Assembly: GCA_021372435.1 (NCBI GenBank)
Contig: JAJFUK010000128.1
Span: 6,095 to 70,094 of the forward strand
DNA from: Actinomycetes bacterium
Lineage (GTDB): Bacteria; Actinomycetota; Thermoleophilia; RBG-16-64-13
Direction: 5' to 3'
DNA: 64,000 bases
The position numbers and the translations under genes are program-made. Each line of letters begins with the position of its first letter. Within the stretch, counting starts at the first letter, position 1. Positions 34,001 through 44,873 of the stretch are shown here, one piece after another. Below the pieces are notes generated by a model. The model searched no databases and had not been told where the DNA came from. It was given only the letters and a program-made list of their open reading frames with translations.

Positions 34001-36625
34001 ATGTTGAACGTCGTTGACAAAGTCCTTCGCTTCGGCGAGGGCAAGAAGCTGAGACAGCTCGAGGCTGCGGTCGCCAGAGTGGCCGCCCTGGAGAGCGAGA
34101 TCGCCCCTCTTTCCGACCGGGCGCTACGTGCCAAGACCGACGAGTTCAAGCGGCGCCACCAGGCCGGCGAGACGCTCGACGACCTGATGCCTGAAGCGTT
34201 CGCGGTCGTCCGCGAAGCGGCTCGACGGACCACCGGCATGCGCCCGTTCGATGTTCAGGTGATGGGTGCGGTCGTCCTTCATCAAGGCTCGATTGCCGAG
34301 ATGAAGACCGGGGAAGGCAAGACCCTCGTCGCCACCATGCCTGTATACCTCAACGCCCTGACCGGGCGGGGAGTGCATGTGGTCACGGTGAACGATTACT
34401 TGGCCGGCCGCGACGCGGCCTGGATGGGGCCCGTATACGAATTCCTGGGCCTGTCGGTGGCGGCCCTGCAAAACAGCATGGAGGCGACCGAGCGGCGCGC
34501 GGCGTATCAGGCCGACATCACTTACGGCACCAACACCGAGTTCGGCTTCGACTATCTGCGTGACAACATGGTGCTTCGACTCGACCAGCAGGTGCAGCGC
34601 GGGCATTACTACTGCATAGTGGACGAGGTTGACTCCATCCTCATCGACGAGGCCAGGACCCCGCTCATCATCTCCGGCCCGGGGGAACGGGCGGCGAAGA
34701 CGTACTACGACTTCGCCCGCATCGCCCGGAGGCTGAAGCCGGGCGAGGACGAAGACTACGAGGTCGACGAGAAGAAACGCACCGTCGCCATAACCGAGAA
34801 GGGTCTGGCCCGCGTCGAGCGCGAGTTGGGCATAGACAACATCTACGAGGACCTGTCGGGCCAACTCGTCAACCACCTCATGCAGGCTCTGAGGGCGGCC
34901 TCGCTCTTCAAGCGCGACGTCGACTACTTGGTCCAGGACGGCGAAGTCAAGATCATCGACGAGTTCACCGGGCGTGTCCTCGAGGGCCGGCGCTACTCGG
35001 AGGGTCTGCACCAAGCCATCGAGGCCAAGGAGGGCGTCAGGATCAAAGAAGAGAACCAGACGCTCGCCACCATCACCTTGCAGAACTACTTCCGTCTCTA
35101 CGAGAAGATCGCCGGCATGACCGGCACCGCCGCCACGGAGGCCGATGAGTTCCGTGAGATCTACAAGATGGAAGTGGTGGTCATCCCGACCAACGAGCCG
35201 ATGATCCGTGAGGACCGCAACGACCTCATCTACAAGACCGAGAAGGCGAAGTTCAAGGCGGCGGTGGACATCATCAGCGGGTGCCACGAGCGAAGCCAGC
35301 CGGTCTTGGTGGGCACCATCTCGGTGGAGAAGTCGGAGCGTCTGTCGGAGATGCTGAAGCACCGGGGCCTTCCTCACGAGGTCTTGAACGCCAAGCAACA
35401 CGCCAAAGAGGCCGCGATCGTCGCGCAGGCTGGGCAGCCGGGAGCGATTACCATCGCCACCAACATGGCGGGCCGGGGCACCGACATCAAATTGGGCGAA
35501 GGCGTCGTGGAAGCCGGCGGACTTTTCGTTCTGGGCACCGAACGCCATGAGGCCAGACGGGTCGACAACCAGCTTCGGGGGCGCTCGGGCCGTCAGGGCG
35601 ACCCGGGTGTGAGCCAGTTCATCATCTCGCTGGAGGACGACCTCCTCCGCATCTTCGGCGGAGAGCGTATCCACCGTCTCATGGACCGTCTCGGTCTGGA
35701 AGAAGACATCCCCATCGAGCACAACCTCATCTCCCGCTCGGTCGAGAGCGCCCAGAAGAAGGTAGAAGAGCAGAACTTCGAGATCCGCAAGCGCGTCCTC
35801 CAGTACGACAACGTGATGAACCAACAACGTGAGGTCATCTATGGCGAGCGCCAGCGGATCCTCTCCGGCGAGGACCTGCGGGAAGACGTGCTCGGTATCA
35901 TCGAGCGCATTCTGAGAGGACAGGTGGCCGTATTCACGGGGACGTCGCGTTTCTCGGAGGAGTGGGACCTGGAAGAGATGCTCACCGCCCTGCGGACGTT
36001 CTTCCCCACCACTCTCACGCTCGAAGGACTGGGGGACCGGGCCGGGCTGGACGCCGAAGAGCTGGCCGATCTGGTAGTCGAGGACGCCATGAAGGTGTAC
36101 GAGGCCCGCGAACAACGCTTCGGGCCGGCGACCATGCGGGAGATGGAGCGCTGGGTCCTTCTCCGGACGATCGACTCGAAGTGGCGCGATCATCTGTACG
36201 AGATGGACTACCTGCGGGAGGGCATCGGCCTCAGAGCGCTGGCTCAGCGCGACCCTCTGGTCGAGTACACGAACGAAGGTTACAAGATGTTCCAAGAGAT
36301 GATGGAGTCCCTCCAGGAGGACTTCGTCCGATATCTCTACCATCTGGAGATAGTCCGCGAGGAACGCCCGCAGGAGCAAGGCGCCGCGCAGAAGCTGGCC
36401 TATTCGGGGGGCGGGGACGGCGGTCTCGCGCAGGATTTCGCCGCGGCCGGAAGGGCGGCCGCCGCCCGTCCGGCAGGTGTGGCCGACAGCTCTGCTCAGG
36501 CCTATGAAGCCGCTCAACAGGCTACCCGCACCGTCGTCGCTCCTCGCAGCGTCACCAAGATCGGCCGCAACGACCCCTGCCCGTGCGGCAGTGGTAAGAA
36601 GTACAAGAAGTGCTGCGGCGCCTGA
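34001..36625 (+). CDS. secA: Preprotein translocase ATPase SecA (with C-terminal zinc-binding [14 protein letters not shown])
   Basis: 874 aa, Walker [29 protein letters not shown]-terminal zinc motif. Confidence 0.95.
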   Translation: MLNVVDKVLRFGEGKKLRQLEAAVARVAALESEIAPLSDRALRAKTDEFKRRHQAGETLDDLMPEAFAVVREAARRTTGMRPFDVQVMGAVVLHQGSIAEMKTGEGKTLVATMPVYLNALTGRGVHVVTVNDYLAGRDAAWMGPVYEFLGLSVAALQNSMEATERRAAYQADITYGTNTEFGFDYLRDNMVLRLDQQVQRGHYYCIVDEVDSILIDEARTPLIISGPGERAAKTYYDFARIARRLKPGEDEDYEVDEKKRTVAITEKGLARVERELGIDNIYEDLSGQLVNHLMQALRAASLFKRDVDYLVQDGEVKIIDEFTGRVLEGRRYSEGLHQAIEAKEGVRIKEENQTLATITLQNYFRLYEKIAGMTGTAATEADEFREIYKMEVVVIPTNEPMIREDRNDLIYKTEKAKFKAAVDIISGCHERSQPVLVGTISVEKSERLSEMLKHRGLPHEVLNAKQHAKEAAIVAQAGQPGAITIATNMAGRGTDIKLGEGVVEAGGLFVLGTERHEARRVDNQLRGRSGRQGDPGVSQFIISLEDDLLRIFGGERIHRLMDRLGLEEDIPIEHNLISRSVESAQKKVEEQNFEIRKRVLQYDNVMNQQREVIYGERQRILSGEDLREDVLGIIERILRGQVAVFTGTSRFSEEWDLEEMLTALRTFFPTTLTLEGLGDRAGLDAEELADLVVEDAMKVYEAREQRFGPATMREMERWVLLRTIDSKWRDHLYEMDYLREGIGLRALAQRDPLVEYTNEGYKMFQEMMESLQEDFVRYLYHLEIVREERPQEQGAAQKLAYSGGGDGGLAQDFAAAGRAAAARPAGVADSSAQAYEAAQQATRTVVAPRSVTKIGRNDPCPCGSGKKYKKCCGA

Positions 36626-36697
36626 GCGATCGTGGCACTGACGGCCGGGCGCCCCAGGGTGCCGAGCCGGCGAACGGCGTGTATACTCCCCCGGACC

Positions 36698-37865
36698 ATG
36701 GCTGAGAAGACAGAGAGACAGACCCGCACCCTTGCCGAATATCGCGACCTTCTCGGGGTTCTCCGCGACAGGTTCACGTGGGCAAGGGACTATCTTTGAC
36801 CCGGATGCGCTGAAGCGCGATATCGCCGCTCTCGAGGAGACGATGCGCGCCCCCGGTTTTTGGGACGATCAGAGCCGTGCTCAGGCCGTGAGCACCCGCT
36901 ACAGCCGCGTGCGCAGCCGGTTGGAAGACTACGAGCACTTGGCCGCGGAGATGGGTGACCTGGAGGCGGTCCTGGAGCTGGCCGGCGAGGAATCCACCGG
37001 GGACGAGGTGCCCCAGGAGCTGGTGGAAGAGGCGGAGCGCTTGGCAGGGGCGGTAGGCCGGACCTTGGAGCATCTCGAGGAGCAGCGTCTCTTCACCGGG
37101 GAGTTCGACGCGGGCGATGCCATCGTCAGCATCCATCCGGGCGCCGGCGGCACCGAGAGTCAGGACTGGGCCGAGATGCTCCTCCGCATGTATCTGCGCT
37201 GGGCCCAGGGCCGCGGGTTCGAGGTGGAGCTGAACGAGGCTTCCGAGGGAGACGAGGCCGGCATCAAAAGCGTCACCTTCACCGTGCACGGTGAAAACGC
37301 CTACGGTCTGCTCTCGACCGAACGAGGGGTGCATCGCTTGGTCCGCATCTCGCCGTTCGACGCAGCCGCGCGGCGGCACACTTCGTTCGCCTCGGTCGAC
37401 GTCACGCCGCTCATCGACGGCGAAGTGGAACTGGATATCGATGAGAAGGATCTAAGAGTCGAGACCTACCGTTCCTCGGGAGCGGGAGGCCAGCATGTCA
37501 ACAAGACCGACTCCGCCGTGCGGATCACCCATATCCCTACCAAGACCGTGGTCCAGTGCCAGAATGAACGCTCCCAGATCCAGAACCGAGAGACCGCCAT
37601 GCGCATGCTGCGTGGCAAACTGCTGCTCCTGGAACACGAGAAGCGGGAGCAAGACATGGCCCGCGAGAAGGGCGAGCAGAAGGAGATCGCGTGGGGGAGC
37701 CAGATCCGCTCGTACGTGCTTGCTCCGTACACGCTGGTAAAAGACCACCGCACCAACTTCGAAAAAGGCAATGTCGAGGCCGTTCTTGACGGCGCGATAG
37801 ACGATTTCATACGAGAGTACGTCTGGCAGAGGTCCACCGGGAAACTCGGCGTGCGCCGGAGTTGA
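36698..37865 (+). CDS. prfB: Peptide chain release factor 2, translated via programmed +1 ribosomal frameshift at CUU UGA C (36794-36800)
   Basis: Frame-0 ORF MAEKTERQTRTLAEYRDLLGVLRDRFTWARDYL ends at the in-frame UGA within AGGGAC UAU CUU UGA C. The +1 frame continues ...DPDALKRDIAALEE... and contains the RF-2 SPF and GGQ motifs. Confidence 0.85.
36779..36800 (+). promoter_or_regulatory. prfB autoregulatory +1 frameshift site (internal SD-like AGGGAC + UAU CUU UGA C)
   Basis: Near-identical to the canonical prfB recoding cassette. Confidence 0.8.
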
Positions 37866-37983
37866 CCCACCCGGACCGGCGCCCGGCTGCGTGTCCACGG
37901 ACGGACCGGCCGGGGCGGGAGGCTTTTGCCGGGGACCGCAGAATACCCGATAGAGGTACGAAGATGGAGGTTACAGGCAACAG

Positions 37984-38667
37984 GTGATCAAGTTCGAGGA
38001 CGTAACGAAGATCTACCCCCCGAGCACCGTCGGCCTGGAAAGGGTCACCCTTCACATCGAGAAAGGCGAGTTCGTCTTCTTGGTCGGGCCGTCCGGTTCG
38101 GGAAAGTCGACGTTCATCCGTCTGCTCATCCGTGAGATCGAGCCCGACCGAGGCCGCATAAGCGTGGGCGGCCGCGACCTGGACACCCTGCATAGCTGGA
38201 AGATCCCTCACCTGCGCCGGAACATCGGCTGTGTGTTCCAGGACTTCAAGCTACTCAGCAACAAGACGGCCTTTGAGAACGTCATGTACGCTCTGGTCGT
38301 CACGGGCAACGCGACGAACTCGTCCAAGAAGAAAGCGGTCGAGATCTTGTCACTGGTCGGTCTGGGCCACAAGGCCGACAGTTATCCCCATGAGCTTTCG
38401 GGTGGCGAGCAACAGCGGGTGTCGATCGCCCGGGCTTTCGTGAACCACCCGCCCCTTCTCGTGGCCGACGAGCCCACCGGGAACCTCGACCCCGATACCT
38501 CGATGGGCATCATGCAGTTGCTCTACCGGATCAACAAGACCGGGACCACCGTGCTCATGGCCACCCACGATCGCGAGATGGTCGACCGCATGCGGCGCCG
38601 GGTCGTCCAGCTCGAAGCCGGCAGGGTGGTACGTGATCAGAAACGGGGCGGCTATGGGGAAGATTAG
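37984..38667 (+). CDS. ftsE: Cell division ABC transporter ATP-binding protein FtsE
   Basis: [11 protein letters not shown]...GPSGSGKST...[14 protein letters not shown], 227 aa, followed by ftsX. Confidence 0.9.
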   Translation: MIKFEDVTKIYPPSTVGLERVTLHIEKGEFVFLVGPSGSGKSTFIRLLIREIEPDRGRISVGGRDLDTLHSWKIPHLRRNIGCVFQDFKLLSNKTAFENVMYALVVTGNATNSSKKKAVEILSLVGLGHKADSYPHELSGGEQQRVSIARAFVNHPPLLVADEPTGNLDPDTSMGIMQLLYRINKTGTTVLMATHDREMVDRMRRRVVQLEAGRVVRDQKRGGYGED

Positions 38668-39538
38668 CTTCTTCTTCAAAGAGGCCTTCGGGTCGCTGCG
38701 CCGCAACTACTTCATGACGATCGCCGCCCTGGTGACCGTCTTTCTGTCCATCGTCGTGCTGGGCGGAGTGCTGGTGTTCGTCTTCATCACCGACGCGCTC
38801 TTGGCGGAGGTCGAAGAGAAGGTGGAGATCACGGTCTTTCTCAAGACCGATCCCGATCCCACCGCCGACGAGGTCTCGGCGATGCAGGCTCAGATCAACA
38901 CCTGGCCCGAAGTGAAGAACGTGACGTACGTCACCAAGGAGCAGGCCCTCGAGCAGATGAAAGAGGACTATGCCGACAGCCCGGAGATCTTCGAGAGCCT
39001 CACCGGCAACCCGCTGCCTGCTTCCTTTGAGATCTCCCTGGTCGATCCACAGACCGTGGACATCGTCGCGGCCCGGTTCGAGGGCGATTCCATCGTGGAC
39101 GAAGTCCGCTACGGCAAAGAGGTCGCCGACAAGCTGTTCGCCTTCACCGACCAGGCCCGCAACTTCATGCTGATCTTCATCGTGCTTCTGGGCATCGTCT
39201 CCATCCTGCTCATCTCGAACACCATCCGGCTCTCCATTTTCGCCCGAAAGAGGGAGGTGGAGATCATGAAACTCGTTGGAGCGACCAACTGGTTCATCCG
39301 CTGGCCGTTTCTGATCGAGGGCATCACCGTCGGGTTCGTGGGGGCCCTGCTGGCCGCGGCGGCGGTGCTGGCGGCGAATCACTATCTGCTGGGCAGGGTC
39401 AGCGACAATCTTGCGTTCCTGTCGGTACCCGTGGACGCCGTTCCGTACATCCTGGTCACGATCGTTCTGCTTGGAGTGGGAGTGGTGATCGGCGCCATCG
39501 GTTCGGCCATCGGGCTACGACGGTTCCTCAGAGTCTGA
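38654..39538 (+). CDS. ftsX: Cell division permease-like protein FtsX
   Basis: [26 protein letters not shown]..., 4 TM with large extracellular loop. Confidence 0.85.
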   Translation: MGKISFFFKEAFGSLRRNYFMTIAALVTVFLSIVVLGGVLVFVFITDALLAEVEEKVEITVFLKTDPDPTADEVSAMQAQINTWPEVKNVTYVTKEQALEQMKEDYADSPEIFESLTGNPLPASFEISLVDPQTVDIVAARFEGDSIVDEVRYGKEVADKLFAFTDQARNFMLIFIVLLGIVSILLISNTIRLSIFARKREVEIMKLVGATNWFIRWPFLIEGITVGFVGALLAAAAVLAANHYLLGRVSDNLAFLSVPVDAVPYILVTIVLLGVGVVIGAIGSAIGLRRFLRV

Positions 39539-39621
39539 GAACTCGATTCAAGACGAGGCGATGCCGTCCAGACGGTGACGGAGGAGTGCGGGGGCTGAGT
39601 CCCTGATCGGGAGCGTGTCGC

Positions 39622-40890
39622 GTGGCTTGCTCCGCCCATGACAGACATAGGTTCGTCGGACGGGCCGGAAGAGCGGCCATGGTGCTCGTGGTCGCCGGCC
39701 TGCTGGCCGGCTGGCCGGCAGGAGCGGTTCTCACCTCCGACACCGCGCAGGCCGCCTCTCGCAGCGAGCTGAACGACGAGCTGAGTGGCATTCGTTCTGA
39801 GCTTCAGGAGATCCGGGCGAACCTCGAAAAAGCCGCGAATGCCAGGAAGGCGGCCCAGGGGGACATCGTAGCCCTCGATAAGAGCATCGCCCAGGCCGAA
39901 GAGGCGGTGGATGCCGCCGATGCCGCGTACAACGCCGCGGCCGGGCGGCTGGCCGCTCTCCAGGAGGAACTCGCCCAGTTGATGGACGAGCTGGCCGCGA
40001 AGCGAGAGGAGCTGGCCAAGACCGAAAGTGACCTGCAGACGCAACAGGAGGTCTTCGACGGCCGGCTGGTGAACGTCTACAAGTCCGGTGGGAGCGTGGT
40101 ATACCTGGAGGCGGTCTTCGAGGCCGACTCGCTGGCCGACGTGGTCGGACGGATGACCCTCCTTACCGACCTCATGCAGCAGGATAATGCCACCCTCGAC
40201 CAGATCAAGGCTCTGAAAGTGGCCGTGGAGGAGCAGAAGCTCGCCCTCGAGCGGGAGCAGACGCGGGTGGCCGCTTTGGAGAAGGAGCAGACGGCCGTCA
40301 CCGAGCAGATGGCGGCCGCGGCCCGGCAGAGCCGGGCGGCTTTGAACGAGCTCGAGCGCGCCCGGGCCGCGAAGAAGAAGGTACTGGCCGAGGCCGAGCA
40401 GGACGAGGCGGCCTGGAAGAAGCAGCAAAGCGAGCTGATGGCTGAGTCGGAGCGCATCACCAAGCTGCTGAAGGCGGCCGCCGCGCCAAAAGTGGTAAAG
40501 GCAGGGAGCGGGGTGTTCTTGTGGCCGGTGGTGGGGGAGGTGACCTCCGGTTTCGGCTATCGCATCCACCCCATCTTCAACGTGCGCAGGATGCACACCG
40601 GCATCGATATCGACGCCGACACGGGCGATCCCATCAAGGCCGCCTCGGGCGGCACCGTCGTCTCTGCCGGGTGGCGAGGAGGCTACGGGAAGTGCGTGGT
40701 CATAGCGCACAGCGGTGGTCTGGCCACGCTTTACGGACACATGTCGGAGATCAAGGTGTCGGTCGGGCAGGCGGTGAAGAAGGGCCAGGTCATTGGCAAG
40801 GTGGGGAGCACGGGGTATTCTACCGGACCGCACCTGCATTTCGAGGTGCGGGTGAACGGTGACTGCGTCGATCCTTTGAAATACTTGTGA
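39622..40890 (+). CDS. Coiled-coil M23 family metallopeptidase (EnvC/PcsB-like; FtsEX partner)
   Basis: N-terminal signal peptide and long coiled coil. C-terminal M23 domain [22 protein letters not shown]...GHMSEIKV...[15 protein letters not shown]. Confidence 0.75.
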   Translation: MACSAHDRHRFVGRAGRAAMVLVVAGLLAGWPAGAVLTSDTAQAASRSELNDELSGIRSELQEIRANLEKAANARKAAQGDIVALDKSIAQAEEAVDAADAAYNAAAGRLAALQEELAQLMDELAAKREELAKTESDLQTQQEVFDGRLVNVYKSGGSVVYLEAVFEADSLADVVGRMTLLTDLMQQDNATLDQIKALKVAVEEQKLALEREQTRVAALEKEQTAVTEQMAAAARQSRAALNELERARAAKKKVLAEAEQDEAAWKKQQSELMAESERITKLLKAAAAPKVVKAGSGVFLWPVVGEVTSGFGYRIHPIFNVRRMHTGIDIDADTGDPIKAASGGTVVSAGWRGGYGKCVVIAHSGGLATLYGHMSEIKVSVGQAVKKGQVIGKVGSTGYSTGPHLHFEVRVNGDCVDPLKYL

Positions 40891-40893
40891 TAC

Positions 40894-42204
40894 ATGCGTA
40901 GCGGGATGAAGTGGGCTCTCGCCGCGGCGGTCGGAGTCGTGGCGGCCGCGCTGCTGGTCTGGGGTGGTTTTCTCCTTGGCATGGACCCCAGCGTGGGCGG
41001 CGCGGCGCGGGACCTCCTGCCCGAGGGCTTCTTCGGCGACGGCGAAGCGGACCGAACCGTGGAGTTCGAGTTGCAGCGGGAGGTTCTTGCGAAGCTCGAG
41101 TCGACCTACTACAAGGATATCGACGTAGAGGGCCTCGAGGGCAAGGCGATCGACGGCATGTTGGCCGGTCTGGGCGATCCTTACACGGTGTACATGGACC
41201 CTGAGGAATACGCCTCCTTCCTGGAGGAGTCCTCCGGGTCGTACAGCGGGGTGGGCATGGTGGTAGAGATGAAGGATGGTCTGGTGACCATCGTCTCCAC
41301 GTTCAAGGACAGCCCCGCGCAATCGGCCGGCATCCAGTCTGGGGACATCATCCTTTCGGTCGACGGCGCCTCCACCGACGGCCTGAATCTGGACGAGGTG
41401 GTCGCCAAGATCAAGGGTCCCGAGGGGACGAAGGTGACACTGGAGATGTACAGGCCTCCGTCCTCCACCACGACCACGATGGCCGGGGAGAGTGATGACG
41501 CTGCCGACGAAGCTGCCACCGCGGACATATCGCGACTTCCGACGGGCGGCGTGATCACCGAGTACACATTGGTCCGCAGGACGATCGCCATACCGGTGAC
41601 CGAAAGAGAGTCGCTCGAAGTGGACGGCGAAGACGTGGGCTACATCATGTTCTTCACGTTCTCCGATGGATCGGCCCTGCAACTCCGGACTGAAGTGCAA
41701 CAGGCGGTCGAGCAGGACCATGCGGACGTCATCATCCTGGACCTACGCAGCAACGGGGGCGGGTTGCTCGACGAGGCGGTCGAGGTGGCGGGCATCTTCA
41801 TCTCCCAAGGTGAGATAGTCAGCACCGAAGGACTTCACTCGCCGGAGCAGGTCTACTATGCCGACGGAGACGCCTTCACCGAGGTGCCGCTGTACGTGCT
41901 GGTCGACGAGTACACGGCCAGCGCCTCGGAGATCGTAGCAGGCGCGCTCCAGGATCATGAGCGGGCGGTCTTGGTCGGCGAGACGACGTTCGGCAAGGGC
42001 CTGGTGCAGGTGATCACTCCTCTGTCCAACGGGGGGGCGCTCAAGGTGACGAGCGCCGTGTACTTGACGCCCGACGGCCGGAATATCAATGAGACCGGCA
42101 TTACGCCCGACGTCCAGGCTCCTGACGATCCCGAGACCACCGAGGTCGACGAGGGTCTTGAGACCGTTCTCGACCTCATCTCCGGCGATACCGCTCGGCG
42201 GTGA
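40894..42204 (+). CDS. ctpA: Carboxyl-terminal processing protease (S41 family, PDZ domain)
   Basis: PDZ GIQSGDIILSVDG. S41 core IILDLRSNGGGLLDEAVEVAGIF...TASASEIVAGALQD...TFGKGLVQ. Confidence 0.8.
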   Translation: MRSGMKWALAAAVGVVAAALLVWGGFLLGMDPSVGGAARDLLPEGFFGDGEADRTVEFELQREVLAKLESTYYKDIDVEGLEGKAIDGMLAGLGDPYTVYMDPEEYASFLEESSGSYSGVGMVVEMKDGLVTIVSTFKDSPAQSAGIQSGDIILSVDGASTDGLNLDEVVAKIKGPEGTKVTLEMYRPPSSTTTTMAGESDDAADEAATADISRLPTGGVITEYTLVRRTIAIPVTERESLEVDGEDVGYIMFFTFSDGSALQLRTEVQQAVEQDHADVIILDLRSNGGGLLDEAVEVAGIFISQGEIVSTEGLHSPEQVYYADGDAFTEVPLYVLVDEYTASASEIVAGALQDHERAVLVGETTFGKGLVQVITPLSNGGALKVTSAVYLTPDGRNINETGITPDVQAPDDPETTEVDEGLETVLDLISGDTARR

Positions 42205-43040
42205 CCGGTCCCGGCATGGCCGGTTTTCGCCCGCGATTCTTCGTCTCTCAGAGTCCCGTGACCCGTGCGGGCGGCGTCGGACTCCCGCCCGCTGAAGGTG
42301 CGGCGGGTACCCGCCGACCGGCCGGGGGCCATCTGGAGGGAGTCGAAGTCGCCCTGAGCCCGGAGGATTCGTATCACGCCCGGCGGGTCCTGCGCCTTAG
42401 GGAGGGCGACCTGTGCGAGGTGGTGGTGGGGGCCGCCGTTTACGCGGCCTCGGTGGTGAAGGCCACCGGCGTGGTCACGATCAGGCTGGATGCCCGGCTC
42501 GAGGGACCGGAAGCCGGGGCGGACTACCACTTCCAGGTGGGTCTGGTGCAGGCCCTGTCCCGGCCCGCCGTGATGGATCAGGTCTTTGAAAAGGGTACCG
42601 AGGTAGGGGCCAGCTTCTTCGTGCTCGTCCGTGCGGCGGGGTCACCGCGAGGGCCGGGCCCGCCCGGCAGGGAACGGCTGGCGCGTTGGCAGCGTATCGC
42701 CCAGGAGGCGGCCAAACAGAGTAAGCAGGTCACGGTCCCGTCGGTCACGTTCGCGGGTTCTCTGGATGATGCGTTGAGAGTGCCCAGGGAAAGCGGCGTG
42801 CTCTCCCTGGTCTTGGAGCCGGCCGCGTCGCATACGTTGAGCGAGGAGCTGCAGAGGCAGGCGCCACCCGCGCGGCTGGCCCTCTGGGTGGGGCCGGAGG
42901 GCGGCTGGACCGCCGCCGAGTCGGAGCGCTTCTCAGGCCTCGGAATCCAGGCCGTCAGACTGGGTCGGAGCGTTCTCCGCACGGAGACGGCCGGACCGGT
43001 AGGGGTGGCCGTGGCGCGGCTCGCACTGGGTGATTGGTAG
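42201..43040 (+). CDS. rsmE: 16S rRNA (uracil1498-N3)-methyltransferase RsmE
   Basis: RPRFFVS...PUA-like N-terminus. SPOUT C-terminus LALWVGPEGGWTAAE...RLGRSVLRTETAG. Confidence 0.75.
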   Translation: MTGPGMAGFRPRFFVSQSPVTRAGGVGLPPAEGAAGTRRPAGGHLEGVEVALSPEDSYHARRVLRLREGDLCEVVVGAAVYAASVVKATGVVTIRLDARLEGPEAGADYHFQVGLVQALSRPAVMDQVFEKGTEVGASFFVLVRAAGSPRGPGPPGRERLARWQRIAQEAAKQSKQVTVPSVTFAGSLDDALRVPRESGVLSLVLEPAASHTLSEELQRQAPPARLALWVGPEGGWTAAESERFSGLGIQAVRLGRSVLRTETAGPVGVAVARLALGDW

Positions 43041-43054
43041 TATAATCCGGCTTC

Positions 43055-43396
43055 ATGGAGGAGTGCATCTTCTGTAGGATCGCCAGGGGAGACGTGCCTA
43101 CCGGTATCGTTCTCGAAGACGAGCGTTTTGTCGCTTTTCGCGACATCCATCCCAAAGCTCCCCAGCATGTGCTGGTCGTGCCGCGGGAGCACATCCTCTC
43201 GCTCAACGACCTGGGGAGGCGGCCGGGGGACATCGGTCATCTCCTCCTTCAATTCATCGTGAAGGTCGCCGAGCGGGTGGGTGTCGAGGAGAGCGGTTAC
43301 CGGGTTCTCACGAACGTGGGGCCCGATGCCGGGCAGGAAGTCGAGCATCTTCATTTCCACATCCTCGGCGGGGAAGATCTGGGCGATTTCCGGTGA
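43055..43396 (+). CDS. HIT family (histidine triad) nucleotide-binding protein
   Basis: CIFCRI...QHVLVVPREH...VEHLHFHILGG (HxHxHxx). Confidence 0.8.
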   Translation: MEECIFCRIARGDVPTGIVLEDERFVAFRDIHPKAPQHVLVVPREHILSLNDLGRRPGDIGHLLLQFIVKVAERVGVEESGYRVLTNVGPDAGQEVEHLHFHILGGEDLGDFR

Positions 43397-43836
43397 GCAT
43401 ACTCTCCGATCTGAAAGAGTCGGCCAAGACGGCGCTCAAGGCCGGTGATAAGGAGCGCGTGGCGGCTCTGCGCATGATCATCTGCGAACTGCAGAACGAA
43501 GCGAAGCGGACCCAGCGCGAATTGGACGAGGGCTCCGAACTCGCGGTGCTGCGCCGGGAGCTCAAGCGTCGCCAGGAATCGATCGAGGCCTTCCGGGCCG
43601 GTGGGCGCGACGACCTGGCCGCGCACGAGGAAGTCGCGGTCCGGATCATCGAGGACATACTTCCTAATCAGATGGACGAGACGGAATTGTCCGCCCTCGT
43701 CGAGAGGATGATCATTGAGACGGGGGCCGTGTCGGCGCGCGACATAGGCAAGGTCATGAGTGCCGTCATGACTGAGGGCGGGGTCCGCGTCGACGGCAAG
43801 TCGGCTTCGCGCTTGGTCAAGGAGCGTCTGTCCTGA
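43393..43836 (+). CDS. GatB/YqeY domain protein
   Basis: LKESAKTALKAGDKERVAALRMIICELQN...YqeY pattern. Confidence 0.8.
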   Translation: MSILSDLKESAKTALKAGDKERVAALRMIICELQNEAKRTQRELDEGSELAVLRRELKRRQESIEAFRAGGRDDLAAHEEVAVRIIEDILPNQMDETELSALVERMIIETGAVSARDIGKVMSAVMTEGGVRVDGKSASRLVKERLS

Positions 43837-43874
43837 GCTCAGGCTCTACCAAACGGATCGATCTGGACAATCGT

Positions 43875-44873
43875 GTGGCGGCGCTGTTGGTCGGGGAGCA
43901 CGACGCACACCTGCGGACTCTCGAAGGCCTGCTGCGGTGCGACATCTACCTGCGCGGCAACCAGCTCTTCCTGGACGGGCCGGCGGCTGAAGTCGAGCGC
44001 GGGGAGGCTCTCGTGGACGAACTGGTGGCGTTGCTGAGGTCCGGCCAGAATCTCGACGGTTCTACGCTCGAACTGGCCGCGTCGCTCAGCGACCGGCGCG
44101 ATTGGGTGCACGACCTGGACAGCATCGTCAGCGACGTGATCCTGGAGCATCGCGGCCGGCGCATCCGTCCCAAGACCATCAATCAGAAGGCGTATGTGGA
44201 CGCCATCCGGGCCAACACGATCACCTTCGGCATAGGCCCCGCGGGCACCGGCAAGACCTATTTGGCCATGGCCATGGCCACGTCGGCGCTGCTCTCCGGG
44301 GAGGTGGCCCGCATCATACTGACCCGTCCGGCGGTGGAGGCGGGAGAGAAGCTCGGCTTTCTACCCGGCGGGCTGATGGAGAAGGTCGATCCCTATCTCC
44401 GCCCGCTGTTCGACGCCCTGTACGACATGATGGACACCGAGCGGCTCACCGAGCGTCTGGCCAACGGCACGATCGAAGTGGCTCCCTTGGCCTATATGCG
44501 CGGCCGTACGCTCAACGATTCCCTGATCATTCTGGATGAGGCCCAGAACACAAGCCCCGAGCAGATGAAGATGTTCCTGACCCGCCTGGGTTTTGGAGCG
44601 AAGATGGTGGTCACCGGCGACATCACGCAGATAGACCTGCCGAGGGGTCAGCACTCCGGCTTGGTCAACGTGCGGGAGGTGCTGGCCGATATCCCAGACA
44701 TCGCGTTCGTGTACTTCGACAGTCGGGACGTAGTGCGCCACAAATTGGTGCAGGATATCGTGTCCGCCTACAAGGAATACGGCGAGCAGCACCGTCCTCC
44801 GCGCAAGGCGGCGTCCCGCGGTCCGGGCGAGCGGCGTCGTGGCGGCCGGGGAGGCGCCGCAGCGGCCGAGTAA
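43875..44873 (+). CDS. phoH: PhoH family ATPase
   Basis: Walker A GIGPAGTGKTYLAMA. ...LTRPAVEAGEKLGFLPG...ILDEAQNTS. Confidence 0.85.
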   Translation: MAALLVGEHDAHLRTLEGLLRCDIYLRGNQLFLDGPAAEVERGEALVDELVALLRSGQNLDGSTLELAASLSDRRDWVHDLDSIVSDVILEHRGRRIRPKTINQKAYVDAIRANTITFGIGPAGTGKTYLAMAMATSALLSGEVARIILTRPAVEAGEKLGFLPGGLMEKVDPYLRPLFDALYDMMDTERLTERLANGTIEVAPLAYMRGRTLNDSLIILDEAQNTSPEQMKMFLTRLGFGAKMVVTGDITQIDLPRGQHSGLVNVREVLADIPDIAFVYFDSRDVVRHKLVQDIVSAYKEYGEQHRPPRKAASRGPGERRRGGRGGAAAAE

